Below are positions 26,408 through 35,866 of a DNA stretch of 56,924 nt, piece after piece. The position numbers and the translations under genes were made by a program. A model generated the notes under the pieces. It was given only the letters and a program-made list of their open reading frames with translations, searched no databases and was not told where the DNA came from. Within the stretch, counting starts at the first letter, position 1. Each line of letters opens with the position of its first letter. Source of the stretch: a virus (taxonomy: Duplodnaviria > Caudoviricetes); IMG/VR virus record IMGVR_UViG_3300032895_000004, positions 1 through 56,924 of that record, one strand, 5' to 3'.

Positions 26408-28900
26408 CTACGGGCTATTGACTTGGCGCAACGAGACCGTCGTGTCCTGAATGGGGTGCTGGCCGGTCTCATATTGGAACTCGACCTCGGGCGAACCGAT
26501 CACGGTCACATACCATTGACCACCGAGCGGTGACTGCAAAAGAAGTGCCCCGGTCTGAGTGAGCAAAGCTTCGAGGGCGTTCTGGTCGGTCAGGTTGCCA
26601 GTACGGAACACCAGCCCCCAATCCACGCCCTTGAAACCATCGGTCAGCTTCACGCCCAGCGGGCGACCTTGCGGATCGAACTCGGTGTCGACCTGGCGCA
26701 GGGTCTTGCTCGGGTTACCGTTCAGATCGAGCGCCACGCCACTGCCTTGCACGAGTGGGTTCGACAGGCCCCACTTCGGATAGACCGTCGACTGCGTCGA
26801 CACGGTATTGCTCCACGGCGAGTACACGGTCGTGCCCTGATAAGGCGCGACGACTCGGACTCGATAGACCATCGTGGTGAGAGGAACGGACTCGGTGTCA
26901 TAGCAGGATGCGGTCTGCGCAGCGGACTCCAGCACCAGCGCGCCGAACCGAAGGTCGTTCCACGTGGCGCCGCCGTCCTGGGAGACCTGGAATTCCATCG
27001 ACGCCACACCGACGTTGCCACCCAGGGTCCACTCCGTCGCCACGCCGGGGAACAGGCCCCACTGGTCGGCGAAATGTTCCTCGTTGGCCGCGCACCCGCT
27101 GATCGTCACGACGAGCGCCGCATACGCTGCGCCCGAAGGCGCGGTGGCCTGTCCTGAGAGCACGGTGTTGGCACTTGCCGAGTCGTTAGCGGTGTCGATC
27201 GTGGTGGTCGACAGCAGAGTGCCCGCTGAGTTGTACCAGGAGACCCCCAGAGTGGCGCTACGAGCCACGGAGGCGGCGCGCAGCACGACCCATACGGTCA
27301 GCTCCTCCCCGCCGCTTACAGGGCATCCTGAGAGGCCGCCCGACCACTGCGCGCTGATGGCCCCGCTGGCGGTGGCCTTCAGTTGCAAGGAGTACGAGCC
27401 GTCCGAGGCCCAGGTGGTCACCGCCGAAATGGCCGTGTTGGAGCCCGCACTGAAGCCAGTGGTGGTGCCGAGCTCGACCGACGACTGGTTGGCCGTGCCG
27501 AGGTTGTCCGCTCCGGTCGCGGTGAGCAACACGGCGGGCAACTGGGTGCCGGGGTAGTCCACGACGGAGCCCACCAGGCTCGGCTGAGCGGGCGAGTCGT
27601 AGTTGACCGAGAACGACGAATACTCCCAGGGGGAGGTCTCGCCATTGGATTGCGTGACTTGAACGTATGCACGGAAGCTGGTCGCGTTTGCCAACGCGAG
27701 CCCGACCATCGCGCTGGCCGCGGAACCGGCCTCGACCCCGGAGTCCCACGTCGATGGCGAGACGCCCGGGGTGAACCCACCGGCCCCGTACTGCGCGGCG
27801 CTGTAGATCACCACTCGCCACGCGGTGAGCGACTGACCGGAGGCGGGAGAGGGGGACCACACCACCGTCGGTTCAGGAGTGATCACCGACCCGCTCGGCG
27901 ACGTGACACTGAGAGTCGGTCCGAGGCTCGTGGTGAACTGACTGAAGGCGGCGAACGGGCCGTCGTCACCGGCCGAGGACTCTTGGGTCGCCAGTGCCCA
28001 CGAGATGGTGTGACCGTTCGCGAAGAGGTTGGCGGGGAGAGCGACGGTAAAGGTGGCGCCGGGCGCAGCGGCCAACGTGTTCCACACCGCCCCGCTCTGC
28101 AACGCTTGCGTGGTGGCGTTGAAGTACTGAACGGCACCCGAGTCGACTTTGACCTGAAGCGCGTACGCATGCATCGACGCCCCGTTGGTGGGGTTGTAGC
28201 TCGCTTCGAGGTCGATGATCTGCGTGGCATCTGCCGCCGAGCCCGACGTCGGTGAGGTCTGCGTGGGCGCCAGAGGCGCGATTGGGACCTCGTAGAGTGC
28301 GACGGTGATCTGTCCCTCGCCGCCCGCCGTCCCGGAGCCGGCCCACTGAATGTTCCCCGTCGAGCCCTCTGACGCCACGACGAGGTCGGCGACGTAGGTG
28401 CTGCAATAGGTCACATAGTTGACGGCGACGCGCTCGGTCCAACCCCCGGAGGGGACACCCGTAACCGGAGTGCCCCCGCCGCCGTAGGCCCCAATCAAGA
28501 TCGAGACCACCGTGTCGTTCGTATAGCTAGTGGTCACCGCTGGCGTGACGATTCCACTACTGATGCCGCCGACGTTCGCCGCGTCGATGGCGATGCCCCC
28601 GCCGGTCGCGCGATAGCCAAAGGCGTTGAGCACGTAGGAGGCGACGCCCGCTTCGCCGAAGCCGAACGTCAGTTCACCGGCCGAGAGATCAGCAGTGGTC
28701 AGAATCTTGCAAAGGCACGCCTGATCAGTCGCACCGATCGCCAACACGGTCCACCCCGAAGGCACCGAAAGGATGGAGCCGTTGGTGGCACAGGTGAGGA
28801 ACACCAGGTCGCCTTGTTGAGAGCCCGAAGGAATCTCGATCGACCCGCTGGCGCCCTCGCCTTCGACCGGCGTTTGCGCGGCGGTAAAGGCCAAGCTCAT
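26408..28900 (-). CDS. Large minor tail protein with Ig/FN3-like and carbohydrate-binding-like domains
   Basis: Beta-rich S/T/G composition; CBM-like DGSYSL...VSWY.SAG..LS...TAPSGAAYA; C-terminal distal-tail-like LLLQSP.G..WYV. Confidence 0.75.
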   Translation of the reverse strand: MSLAFTAAQTPVEGEGASGSIEIPSGSQQGDLVFLTCATNGSILSVPSGWTVLAIGATDQACLCKILTTADLSAGELTFGFGEAGVASYVLNAFGYRATGGGIAIDAANVGGISSGIVTPAVTTSYTNDTVVSILIGAYGGGGTPVTGVPSGGWTERVAVNYVTYCSTYVADLVVASEGSTGNIQWAGSGTAGGEGQITVALYEVPIAPLAPTQTSPTSGSAADATQIIDLEASYNPTNGASMHAYALQVKVDSGAVQYFNATTQALQSGAVWNTLAAAPGATFTVALPANLFANGHTISWALATQESSAGDDGPFAAFSQFTTSLGPTLSVTSPSGSVITPEPTVVWSPSPASGQSLTAWRVVIYSAAQYGAGGFTPGVSPSTWDSGVEAGSAASAMVGLALANATSFRAYVQVTQSNGETSPWEYSSFSVNYDSPAQPSLVGSVVDYPGTQLPAVLLTATGADNLGTANQSSVELGTTTGFSAGSNTAISAVTTWASDGSYSLQLKATASGAISAQWSGGLSGCPVSGGEELTVWVVLRAASVARSATLGVSWYNSAGTLLSTTTIDTANDSASANTVLSGQATAPSGAAYAALVVTISGCAANEEHFADQWGLFPGVATEWTLGGNVGVASMEFQVSQDGGATWNDLRFGALVLESAAQTASCYDTESVPLTTMVYRVRVVAPYQGTTVYSPWSNTVSTQSTVYPKWGLSNPLVQGSGVALDLNGNPSKTLRQVDTEFDPQGRPLGVKLTDGFKGVDWGLVFRTGNLTDQNALEALLTQTGALLLQSPLGGQWYVTVIGSPEVEFQYETGQHPIQDTTVSLRQVNSP

Positions 28901-31752
28901 CCCGACACCCCACCACGGATGGGCGACTGTCCCGTCTTGATCTGTTGGGTCAGCGCGGTGAGCCCTTGCTTCGCCGCCATCGACGCCTGACTGGCCGTCG
29001 CGCTGTCACCGACCTGGATCACCACGGCACCCGGCGCGACGGTGACCACCGAGGACTGCACGGTGGTAGTGCTCGACGCACCGAGCGACCCGATCCCGGC
29101 CAGTCCTCCCGGCCCTGGGCCGGTCTGCGTAGTCGGCATCGAGAGCCCGGCCGAGGTCAAAATTTCCACGATGCGCGCTCGGTTGTTCAGAGGCAGCACA
29201 ACCTCGGGCCCTGCTTCACCAACAAGCGCCAGAGTCGGCTTCGTGATCAGGCCGCCCTCGGCCAGGAGGCCGAAGGTGACGGTCGACAGCACGGACTTGC
29301 CCGCGTTCAGAATCCCGCCGATCGCCCCCGCCACTTTGGAGGCCACCGACTCGATGTCATCGAGCGCATCCTTGATCGCGTCAAAAATGGTTTTGACCCC
29401 GTCCCACGCGGTGGAGAGCACGGTCTTGATCCCGGACCAGACGTAACTCCACACGGTGCCCAGCGTGGACAGGGCGCCTTTTATCCCGTCGGTGATCCCG
29501 CTGCTGATGTCGTGGAACACGCCCGAGACAGCTCCCCACACGGTGCTGAGAACCGAAGACGCCCCGTTCCACACCGCGCTCCACACCGCCTTGAACCCGT
29601 TGACCACGGCGGTCAGAGTCCCGGTGATGAAGCCGGTGACGTCATCGAACACGGACTTGATCCCGTCCCACGCGGTCGAGATGACCGAGTGCAGAGCGTT
29701 GCCGAAAGCGGTCCAGTTCCCGGTGACCAGCGCGATGAACGCGTCGATGATCCCCTTGATCACGCCGATCACGGTGGCGACGATGGTGGAGATCAGGTCC
29801 CAGGCCGTCTTGAACACGCCGGTGATGACGTTCCACGCGGTCGTGAAGATGGCCTCGACCACTCCCCATGCTTCGGTCACGTTGTCGACCACGACGGCGA
29901 CCCCGTCCTTCACCACCCCACCGATCACGGACCACACGGCCTGGAAGGCCGCGTCGAGAACAGCCCATATCTGCTGCCAGTGCAGCGCGAACTCGATCAC
30001 CGCCGCCAGCACGATCCCGATGGGACCGAGGAAGGCCAGGAGCACGATGCCGAGCGTGCCGAACCCCGAGCGAAGATCGTTGACCGCGTCATCGAACCAG
30101 TGCTTTATGTCGGACCACACCTGTTGCCAGTGAGTCGCCAGGTAGTCGATCCCGGCCGCGAGCGCGGCGACCGCCAGAATGATGCCGCCGATGATCGGGA
30201 CCACCACGGACATGCTGGCGATCCAGAACCCGATGGCCGTGACCAGGATGCCGCCGATCACGGCTGCCAACGCGATCAGCAGCTCCTTGTGCTGCATGAC
30301 GTAGTTCCCCGCCTTCACCAGCCAGTCGAGGAAGGTCCGGATGGCGGGCAGCAGAACGCTGCCCAGCTTCGTCGCGTAGTCCTCGACGGTGGCCTTCAGC
30401 ATGTCGAACTGATGATCGAGAGTCTGCGCCTGCTTCTCGGCCGCCTCGTGCGCCGCGTTGGTCTTGTTGACCGAATCGATGTACTTCTGCAACACGGCCG
30501 GGCCGGCCTGGATGGTCTCGGCCAGTTTCTGCGATGCGGAACCGAACCCCAGAGTCTTGAGCGTCGCCGCCGCCTCGGCCGTCCCCATCCCGGCGAGGAC
30601 GGGTTGCAGCTCCGCGAAGATCGTGGTGAGGGGGAGCAGTTGGCCCTTCGCATTGAGGAAGGACACGTTCGCCGCCTGCTGCGCCGCGGTCACCGCAGCG
30701 GTCGGAGCGATGATCCCCGAGAAGGCGGACCCCAGCGCCGAGATGGCCCCACGGCCGGTCTCGCCGTGATTGGTGATGTCGACCAGCAAGCCGGCCAGCG
30801 CCGACAACGGTGGCGCTGCTGCGCCCATCTGCGTGCGGGCCCGCTGCAACGAGGAGGTCACCTGATCGAGCCCGACCCCGGTCTGACGTGACGCCTCGAA
30901 CAAGATGTCGCTGGTCGTGGCGGCGGCCGACAGCGGAAGCTGGTACGCCTGCATGATCTTCGCCAGATCGGACGTCGCGTTGGCGAGTGAGACCTGGGAC
31001 GCCTCGGCCAGATCGGAGGCCGTTTTCATAATCAGCGTCGAGTTCGCCGCGTCGAGTTGGTGACCCGCGATCTCCTCGAACACGGCGGCCACCGGGGACA
31101 GGGCCTCAATCATCGTGTTCCCACTGAAGATTGAGGTCCCCGCGGTGTCGAGGAGCGCGTTACCGATCCCTTGTGCCTTGGCGATGGAGATATCGGCGTT
31201 GGCCGACAGCGACGTGGTCGCGGTCTGGAAGTCCATGCCCAGCTTGATCGAGGCGGCCGCGAAGCCGAGGACCGCGACGGTGGTCCCGATCGCGATGACC
31301 TTGCCCAGCGCGCCCATCTTCCCGGCGAACCCATCGGTGGCCGTGCCGGCCGTGCCCATCTTCCCGGTGATGTTGTCGAGGGTGGAGTTCCCGGTGGAGT
31401 TGAGATTGACCAGGCCGCCGGTCAGGAATGAGAGCGCGGAGCCGAGGGAGTCCATGAGCCCCCCGCCCCCCTTCTCGGCGCTCTTGGCGATGTCGTCGCC
31501 GACGTTCTTTCCCGCGGTGTCCAGATCACCCAGCGCGAGAGCTCCGGCCCCAGCCGCGTCGGAGATGTCGCTCGCAATCCCGTCGGCTCCGTCCTTCACC
31601 CCGGCGCGCATTCCAGCGCCCGCCGCTGCCCCACTGGCAGTTGCGTCGGCCTCGAGCCCGGTGAAGGCCTCGGCGGTCTGACCCTGCAAGTCCTCCTCGA
31701 ACTGCGAGCCGTCAGCGGTGACGAGGATCGAGGCCTCGCCGATGACGTTCAC
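28897..31752 (-). CDS. Tape measure protein
   Basis: 951-aa Ala/Gly-rich helical protein with periodic W/F repeats and a C-terminal LAEGG...PTLALVGEAGPEVVLPL. Confidence 0.93.
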   Translation of the reverse strand: MNVIGEASILVTADGSQFEEDLQGQTAEAFTGLEADATASGAAAGAGMRAGVKDGADGIASDISDAAGAGALALGDLDTAGKNVGDDIAKSAEKGGGGLMDSLGSALSFLTGGLVNLNSTGNSTLDNITGKMGTAGTATDGFAGKMGALGKVIAIGTTVAVLGFAAASIKLGMDFQTATTSLSANADISIAKAQGIGNALLDTAGTSIFSGNTMIEALSPVAAVFEEIAGHQLDAANSTLIMKTASDLAEASQVSLANATSDLAKIMQAYQLPLSAAATTSDILFEASRQTGVGLDQVTSSLQRARTQMGAAAPPLSALAGLLVDITNHGETGRGAISALGSAFSGIIAPTAAVTAAQQAANVSFLNAKGQLLPLTTIFAELQPVLAGMGTAEAAATLKTLGFGSASQKLAETIQAGPAVLQKYIDSVNKTNAAHEAAEKQAQTLDHQFDMLKATVEDYATKLGSVLLPAIRTFLDWLVKAGNYVMQHKELLIALAAVIGGILVTAIGFWIASMSVVVPIIGGIILAVAALAAGIDYLATHWQQVWSDIKHWFDDAVNDLRSGFGTLGIVLLAFLGPIGIVLAAVIEFALHWQQIWAVLDAAFQAVWSVIGGVVKDGVAVVVDNVTEAWGVVEAIFTTAWNVITGVFKTAWDLISTIVATVIGVIKGIIDAFIALVTGNWTAFGNALHSVISTAWDGIKSVFDDVTGFITGTLTAVVNGFKAVWSAVWNGASSVLSTVWGAVSGVFHDISSGITDGIKGALSTLGTVWSYVWSGIKTVLSTAWDGVKTIFDAIKDALDDIESVASKVAGAIGGILNAGKSVLSTVTFGLLAEGGLITKPTLALVGEAGPEVVLPLNNRARIVEILTSAGLSMPTTQTGPGPGGLAGIGSLGASSTTTVQSSVVTVAPGAVVIQVGDSATASQASMAAKQGLTALTQQIKTGQSPIRGGVSG

Positions 31753-31761
31753 TAGCCCGCC

Positions 31762-32103
31762 CTATCCGGGTGCCAGCTCCTCGTCGTCATCGACCCACGA
31801 CTCCTCGTCGTCAAGACCCCAGGACTCGCGCAGGCGCTCTTCCCGCGTGGCGTCGTCGGTCGGCATGCAGATCGTGTCGTGGAACCAGATCGCGAGCTGA
31901 TGTCGGGTGCGTGGCTTCTTGCCACTCCACTGGACCATCGGCTGCTGCTGCACCAGGTCATCGACATACAGGGACTCTAGAACGTCGGCGGCCTCTTCCG
32001 CCGTGAGGCTTTCTAAGTCGAGACCCTGCCGTCGTGCACGACCACGGCAATCGGCTCCGGTCTCTTCGTACCATTGTCGGAGCCAGAGATACGCTCCAAA
32101 GGG
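31762..32103 (-). CDS. Tail assembly chaperone, -1 frameshift extension (gpT-like)
   Basis: Open -1 frame from the slippery site to just before the tape measure gene. Confidence 0.7.
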   Translation of the reverse strand, partial: PFGAYLWLRQWYEETGADCRGRARRQGLDLESLTAEEAADVLESLYVDDLVQQQPMVQWSGKKPRTRHQLAIWFHDTICMPTDDATREERLRESWGLDDEESWVDDDEELAPG

Positions 32104-32522
32104 CGGCCTGACCCGTCCTGCCAAGTGTCGCTGATCCACTTGACAAGGGTTTCGAGCATGTGCTCGCTGAACACCAGATCGCGGCGCTCCATCGTTTCGA
32201 TGAACCGTTCGCGCTGCTCGGGCACCACGATGTCGGCGATCAGGCGGGCCGCATCGTCCGGGGCTAACCGAGGCTCCCGCTTGCCGGTCTCAGGGTTGCG
32301 TACATGCTCGGCGCGGTTGAGCGCCGCGATCAGCCGCTCGGGCCGCATCGACACCGACACGTCGAAGCGGAACTCGAACCGCTGCCGCGCGCCGCGCTCG
32401 TCCTTCTCGGCGCTATAGCCGACGATTCGCAGCGGTTCGACCGGACGCGGGTTGTCGAGCGCCAGTGCGGCATCCATCTCCTCAGAGGAGAGGTCCGAGG
32501 GCAGATCGCCGAAGATGGGCAT
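32013..32522 (-). CDS. Tail assembly chaperone (gpG-like)
   Basis: Position upstream of the tape measure gene; ends ..WI...W...GRPL. Confidence 0.78.
   Translation of the reverse strand: MPIFGDLPSDLSSEEMDAALALDNPRPVEPLRIVGYSAEKDERGARQRFEFRFDVSVSMRPERLIAALNRAEHVRNPETGKREPRLAPDDAARLIADIVVPEQRERFIETMERRDLVFSEHMLETLVKWISDTWQDGSGRPLERISGSDNGTKRPEPIAVVVHDGRVST
32097..32103 (-). other. Programmed -1 frameshift slippery heptamer C CCT TTG
   Basis: X XXY YYZ pattern in the correct frame linking the two chaperone ORFs. Confidence 0.7.
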
Positions 32523-32536
32523 GGTGGTGTCTCCTG

Positions 32537-32941
32537 TCAGTCGTCTGTTGCGAGATGCAGACTAGCGGTCAAGAAGGGGATCGGCTTGGTTCCCGGGTGG
32601 TGGACCAGCTTCACCGGGTGCGGCGCGCCCTCCCAGAACAGGGCTTGCTTCTTGTTCGGGCGAATCAGGTGGGGCTCGGTGCCGTCGTGCACGAACAGCG
32701 CGTAGGGACAGGTCCACGACCCCACCTGAATGCTGAGCGTCGTGCCGGTCGAGGGCCCCCATCGCTTCGTGATCGACGCCGACAGCCGGCCGGTCTTGTT
32801 GTGTGGCACCAGATAGGCACGCGCCCCGTCCTGGACGCGCTGCGCCCGGACGGCGAGGTTGCGACCCACCGTGCCGTTCTGCGCGGAGAGCATGTCGCCG
32901 ATGATTGGTTCGTTCCACGTGATCTTGACGGCGGCGGGCAT
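32537..32941 (-). CDS. HK97 gp10-like tail completion protein
   Basis: KTGRLSASI...YALFVHDGT.PHLIRP...V.HPGTKP.PFL. Confidence 0.85.
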   Translation of the reverse strand: MPAAVKITWNEPIIGDMLSAQNGTVGRNLAVRAQRVQDGARAYLVPHNKTGRLSASITKRWGPSTGTTLSIQVGSWTCPYALFVHDGTEPHLIRPNKKQALFWEGAPHPVKLVHHPGTKPIPFLTASLHLATDD

Positions 32942-33456
32942 TACGTGGCTCCCACTTCGATGGTGGCGCGCGTGGCGATCAGGCCGCCCTCGGGGCCGAT
33001 CGACTCGATCCCGGTGATCGAGAAGCCGTCCCCCATGTCAGTGAACGAGTAGTCGGCCCAGATCGACACCAGCGCGTTCCACACCGCCGTTTGGTCCGAG
33101 ATGGCTGCGACCGCTGCCTGACCGATCACGCTCGGCGGTGCCGCCGTGCCGGAGTCGTCAACCGATGGGGTGGTGCGGATCAGGGTGACGATGAACTGCA
33201 CGGTGATCACCAGCTCGTCGGGGAGCTGCACATTGGTCTGCGACCCACGTGGGTCGCCCTGACGGATCAGTCCCACGTTCACGATCAAGGCCGGGCCATC
33301 GAACACGGGCACCGAGCCCGGGGACACGTACGCGTTCGGCGCGGGCGGAGTCGCGGTGTTCATCGGGAGCACCACGTCGGCGGCTTGCAGCTCGCCGACG
33401 AGCAGGCTCAGGAGTCGCTGGGCCTCACCAGGGAGGTTGTCGAATACGACCCCCAC
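32941..33456 (-). CDS. Tail terminator-like protein
   Basis: Synteny and C-terminal IGPEGGL motif. Confidence 0.65.
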   Translation of the reverse strand: MGVVFDNLPGEAQRLLSLLVGELQAADVVLPMNTATPPAPNAYVSPGSVPVFDGPALIVNVGLIRQGDPRGSQTNVQLPDELVITVQFIVTLIRTTPSVDDSGTAAPPSVIGQAAVAAISDQTAVWNALVSIWADYSFTDMGDGFSITGIESIGPEGGLIATRATIEVGAT

Positions 33457-33462
33457 AGGGGC

Positions 33463-33987
33463 CTACGAGCCGTCCGAGGCCCCGTCGGGTCCCTCACTAC
33501 CGCCCTCGTCGTTCGAGCCCTCAGAGGGGCTCTCAGGGTCGTCTGAGGCGGTCTGACCGTCACTCTGGTCGTCTCCCGAACCCTCGTCGTGGGATTCTGC
33601 GTCCCCGGGCTCGGTCTTCGTCTGAGACGATCCTCGGGTGACCTTTGACTTGGCCGGGGGCTTCTCGTCCTTCGCGCCGGTCTCGGCCAGCGCCTTGCGG
33701 AACTTCTCGACCTCCTGACGCAGGTCGGCGTCGGACAGCGCGTCGACGCGGGCCCGCTCGGCGGCTTGCTCGGCGGGGGAGTGATCCGCGTGCACCTGCT
33801 CGAAAAGATCGATCTCCTCGGCCGTGGCCCCGACCGCCTTGCGTTCATAGCGGTCGCGTGGGAACGCCGTCTCGCCTCGAATCAAGTTCGGGGCGTAGGG
33901 GTCGAAGGTCGATCGGGGGTTGGGGTACATGGCGGTCCCTTCGTGTGGGTCGCGCGGCTTCTTCGCTGCTCGCTTCCTCGGTGTCAT
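33463..33987 (-). CDS. Hypothetical protein with an acidic disordered tail
   Basis: Fills the gap between adaptor and terminator; alternative start at 33930. Confidence 0.6.
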   Translation of the reverse strand: MTPRKRAAKKPRDPHEGTAMYPNPRSTFDPYAPNLIRGETAFPRDRYERKAVGATAEEIDLFEQVHADHSPAEQAAERARVDALSDADLRQEVEKFRKALAETGAKDEKPPAKSKVTRGSSQTKTEPGDAESHDEGSGDDQSDGQTASDDPESPSEGSNDEGGSEGPDGASDGS

Positions 33988-34859
33988 GCCCCGGAGATTA
34001 GGCGACGAGGCCGCCCAAGATCGGGACTCCATACCGTCGCGTTCTCGGTGACGCCGTGCGGGTTCTGGTAGCGGAGGAAGAAGTCAATCTCGGGGATGCC
34101 GGTTCGACCTTCGGCGATGTAGTCGATGATGTCGCGCACCTGCGTGGTGACGCCTTGCCGAGCGGTCTGGGTGACCCGAGCGGGCAGCGCGTTGGGCCGG
34201 CCCATCGAGCCCAGCGCGAACTCGTAGGCCAGCCGCCGCGCCGCACGCCGGCCGGACACAGGCGGGTTGCGTCCCCACCGGAAGTAGACACTGAAGGTGC
34301 CCGGCTGAGTGTCGGGCAGATCGTTGCGTTGCGAGGTGGGCCAGCCGAACCGATCGGTCGGGTCGTAGTCGACGGTCGGCAGGATGCGCACCAGCGTGCG
34401 GAAGTCGGCGGCCAGCTCGTACTCCTCGGCCGGGATCAGCTCGCCGTCGATCAGCACGTGGTCGATCGAGACCACCGGGTAGAACCCAAGGTCGACCTCG
34501 GGGGGGTTGATGTTGCCGTAGTGCGAGAGCGGACCTTGCGCGGCCATGCCGCCGGCCATCGCCGAGCCGAGCGACGGCGCGTAGTAGCCGCCGTAGGTGA
34601 GGCCGAAGGGCTGGCGGGTGTCGAGGTCTGTGGGTCGGGCCACCGGGCGAACGTTGATCACCGGGGAGATGCCGGGGAACTTGCGACCGCTGGCCCAGTA
34701 CAGAATCTCGCTCGCCGACACCGCGACTTCTTCAGCCAGGTTGGGATCGGTGACCTGGTTCTCGGTGGCCCCCATGAACGGCGGGTAGCTGAGCACCGCC
34801 GCACCGTCGATCCACGGGCCGAGCGGACCCGCCCGAAGCCCCTCAGGGGGCATCGACAT
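33984..34859 (-). CDS. Head-to-tail adaptor
   Basis: ASEILYWASGRKFPG...WP..Q......GTFSV....G..PP...LP.RVT..ARQGV...TGIPEID.F. Confidence 0.85.
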   Translation of the reverse strand: MSMPPEGLRAGPLGPWIDGAAVLSYPPFMGATENQVTDPNLAEEVAVSASEILYWASGRKFPGISPVINVRPVARPTDLDTRQPFGLTYGGYYAPSLGSAMAGGMAAQGPLSHYGNINPPEVDLGFYPVVSIDHVLIDGELIPAEEYELAADFRTLVRILPTVDYDPTDRFGWPTSQRNDLPDTQPGTFSVYFRWGRNPPVSGRRAARRLAYEFALGSMGRPNALPARVTQTARQGVTTQVRDIIDYIAEGRTGIPEIDFFLRYQNPHGVTENATVWSPDLGRPRRLISGA

Positions 34860-34861
34860 GG

Positions 34862-35854
34862 CTACGAGTAGGCCCCAGCCGTCACGAGGCCGGGAGCAGG
34901 CACCGTGGCCGCACCAGCCCGCACCCGCTGGCGAACCTGCGTCGAGGCGACAGGCCAGTCGCCGTTCGGGCCCGCACCCCAGTTCGGGTTCTCGTACGCC
35001 TGGCCGGTGTAGGTGTTGGCGAACCGCGCGTCCGTCACGTCCGAGGCTTCACGGATGAACCCGTTGCACAGCGGGAGTGCCCACCAGAAGTACGGCAGAT
35101 AGGTGGCCTGCTTGCCCTTCAGGATGGCCTTGGCCCAGAACTCGAGCGACACGCCGTTGGGCTGGCCGACCGACCCCAGGTTGGGATCGGCGAAGCCGTA
35201 GTTCCCCGGACCGGCCGTGGTGTTCGAGGAAGGCAACGACCCATTGGGCACGATGACCCCGGTGTCGGTCCAGGTGATCGCTCCGTCGCCGACGATCGCC
35301 AGGAACTGCTCCGCGCCCTCGGTGCGCCCGTAGATCTTGTAGTAGACCGCGCCGGTCACCGCCGTCCACGTCAGCGCGTTCGACCCGGTGGTGCCCGAGG
35401 CAACCGTCCCAACGACCTCGGCGCAGGCCAGGGTCTCACCGAGCTGGTTGCACGCCGACACTCGGTAGCCGTAGTTTCCCGCCGCTAGCTGGCCGCCGGT
35501 GGTCGAGGGAGTCACGGTCAGGCCGGTGGGGGTGGTCAAGGCCGTGGCGTTGTTCGAGAGGATCGTCCCGCCAGTGAGCAGGTTCTCGACGTAGTTGTCA
35601 GGCGTCACCAGGTCAAGCTGCACCGTCCAGTACTTGATCATGTCCGGGTGCTTGTAGTGGTCGGACATATCCCCGTTCGCGTTGATGGTCACGAGATCGA
35701 CGCCCGTCTCCTTCACCGGGGTGAGGGTGGCCTTGATCAGCTTCTCGGTCACGAACACGCTGGCACCGACCGGCACGTAGCCGTTCTGGTCGAGCTGCGC
35801 GATCCGCGTCGCGACCGCAAAAATCTGAGAGCTGCCGTCGTCCGCTGAACTCAT
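34862..35854 (-). CDS. Major tail (tube) protein with an inserted FN3-like domain
   Basis: RIAQLD..G, NA.G, GVSLEFW, PY.WWALP, G.A.ENPNWG.GP motifs. Confidence 0.82.
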   Translation of the reverse strand: MSSADDGSSQIFAVATRIAQLDQNGYVPVGASVFVTEKLIKATLTPVKETGVDLVTINANGDMSDHYKHPDMIKYWTVQLDLVTPDNYVENLLTGGTILSNNATALTTPTGLTVTPSTTGGQLAAGNYGYRVSACNQLGETLACAEVVGTVASGTTGSNALTWTAVTGAVYYKIYGRTEGAEQFLAIVGDGAITWTDTGVIVPNGSLPSSNTTAGPGNYGFADPNLGSVGQPNGVSLEFWAKAILKGKQATYLPYFWWALPLCNGFIREASDVTDARFANTYTGQAYENPNWGAGPNGDWPVASTQVRQRVRAGAATVPAPGLVTAGAYS

Positions 35855-35866
35855 GGCTTCGCCTCC

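Noticed and set aside
24450-28900. Diversity-generating retroelement acting on tail genes
   Set aside because: No reverse transcriptase and no template/variable repeat pair seen.
29300-30150. Periodic CCACAC/CCACGC repeats as a CRISPR-like array
   Set aside because: They are Trp-containing amphipathic repeats of the tape measure protein.
28945-30891. 648-aa plus-strand ORF (and similar ones at 42545..44233, 13780..15039, 8999..10033)
   Set aside because: Antisense shadows of real genes, expected from high-GC codon bias; no motifs.
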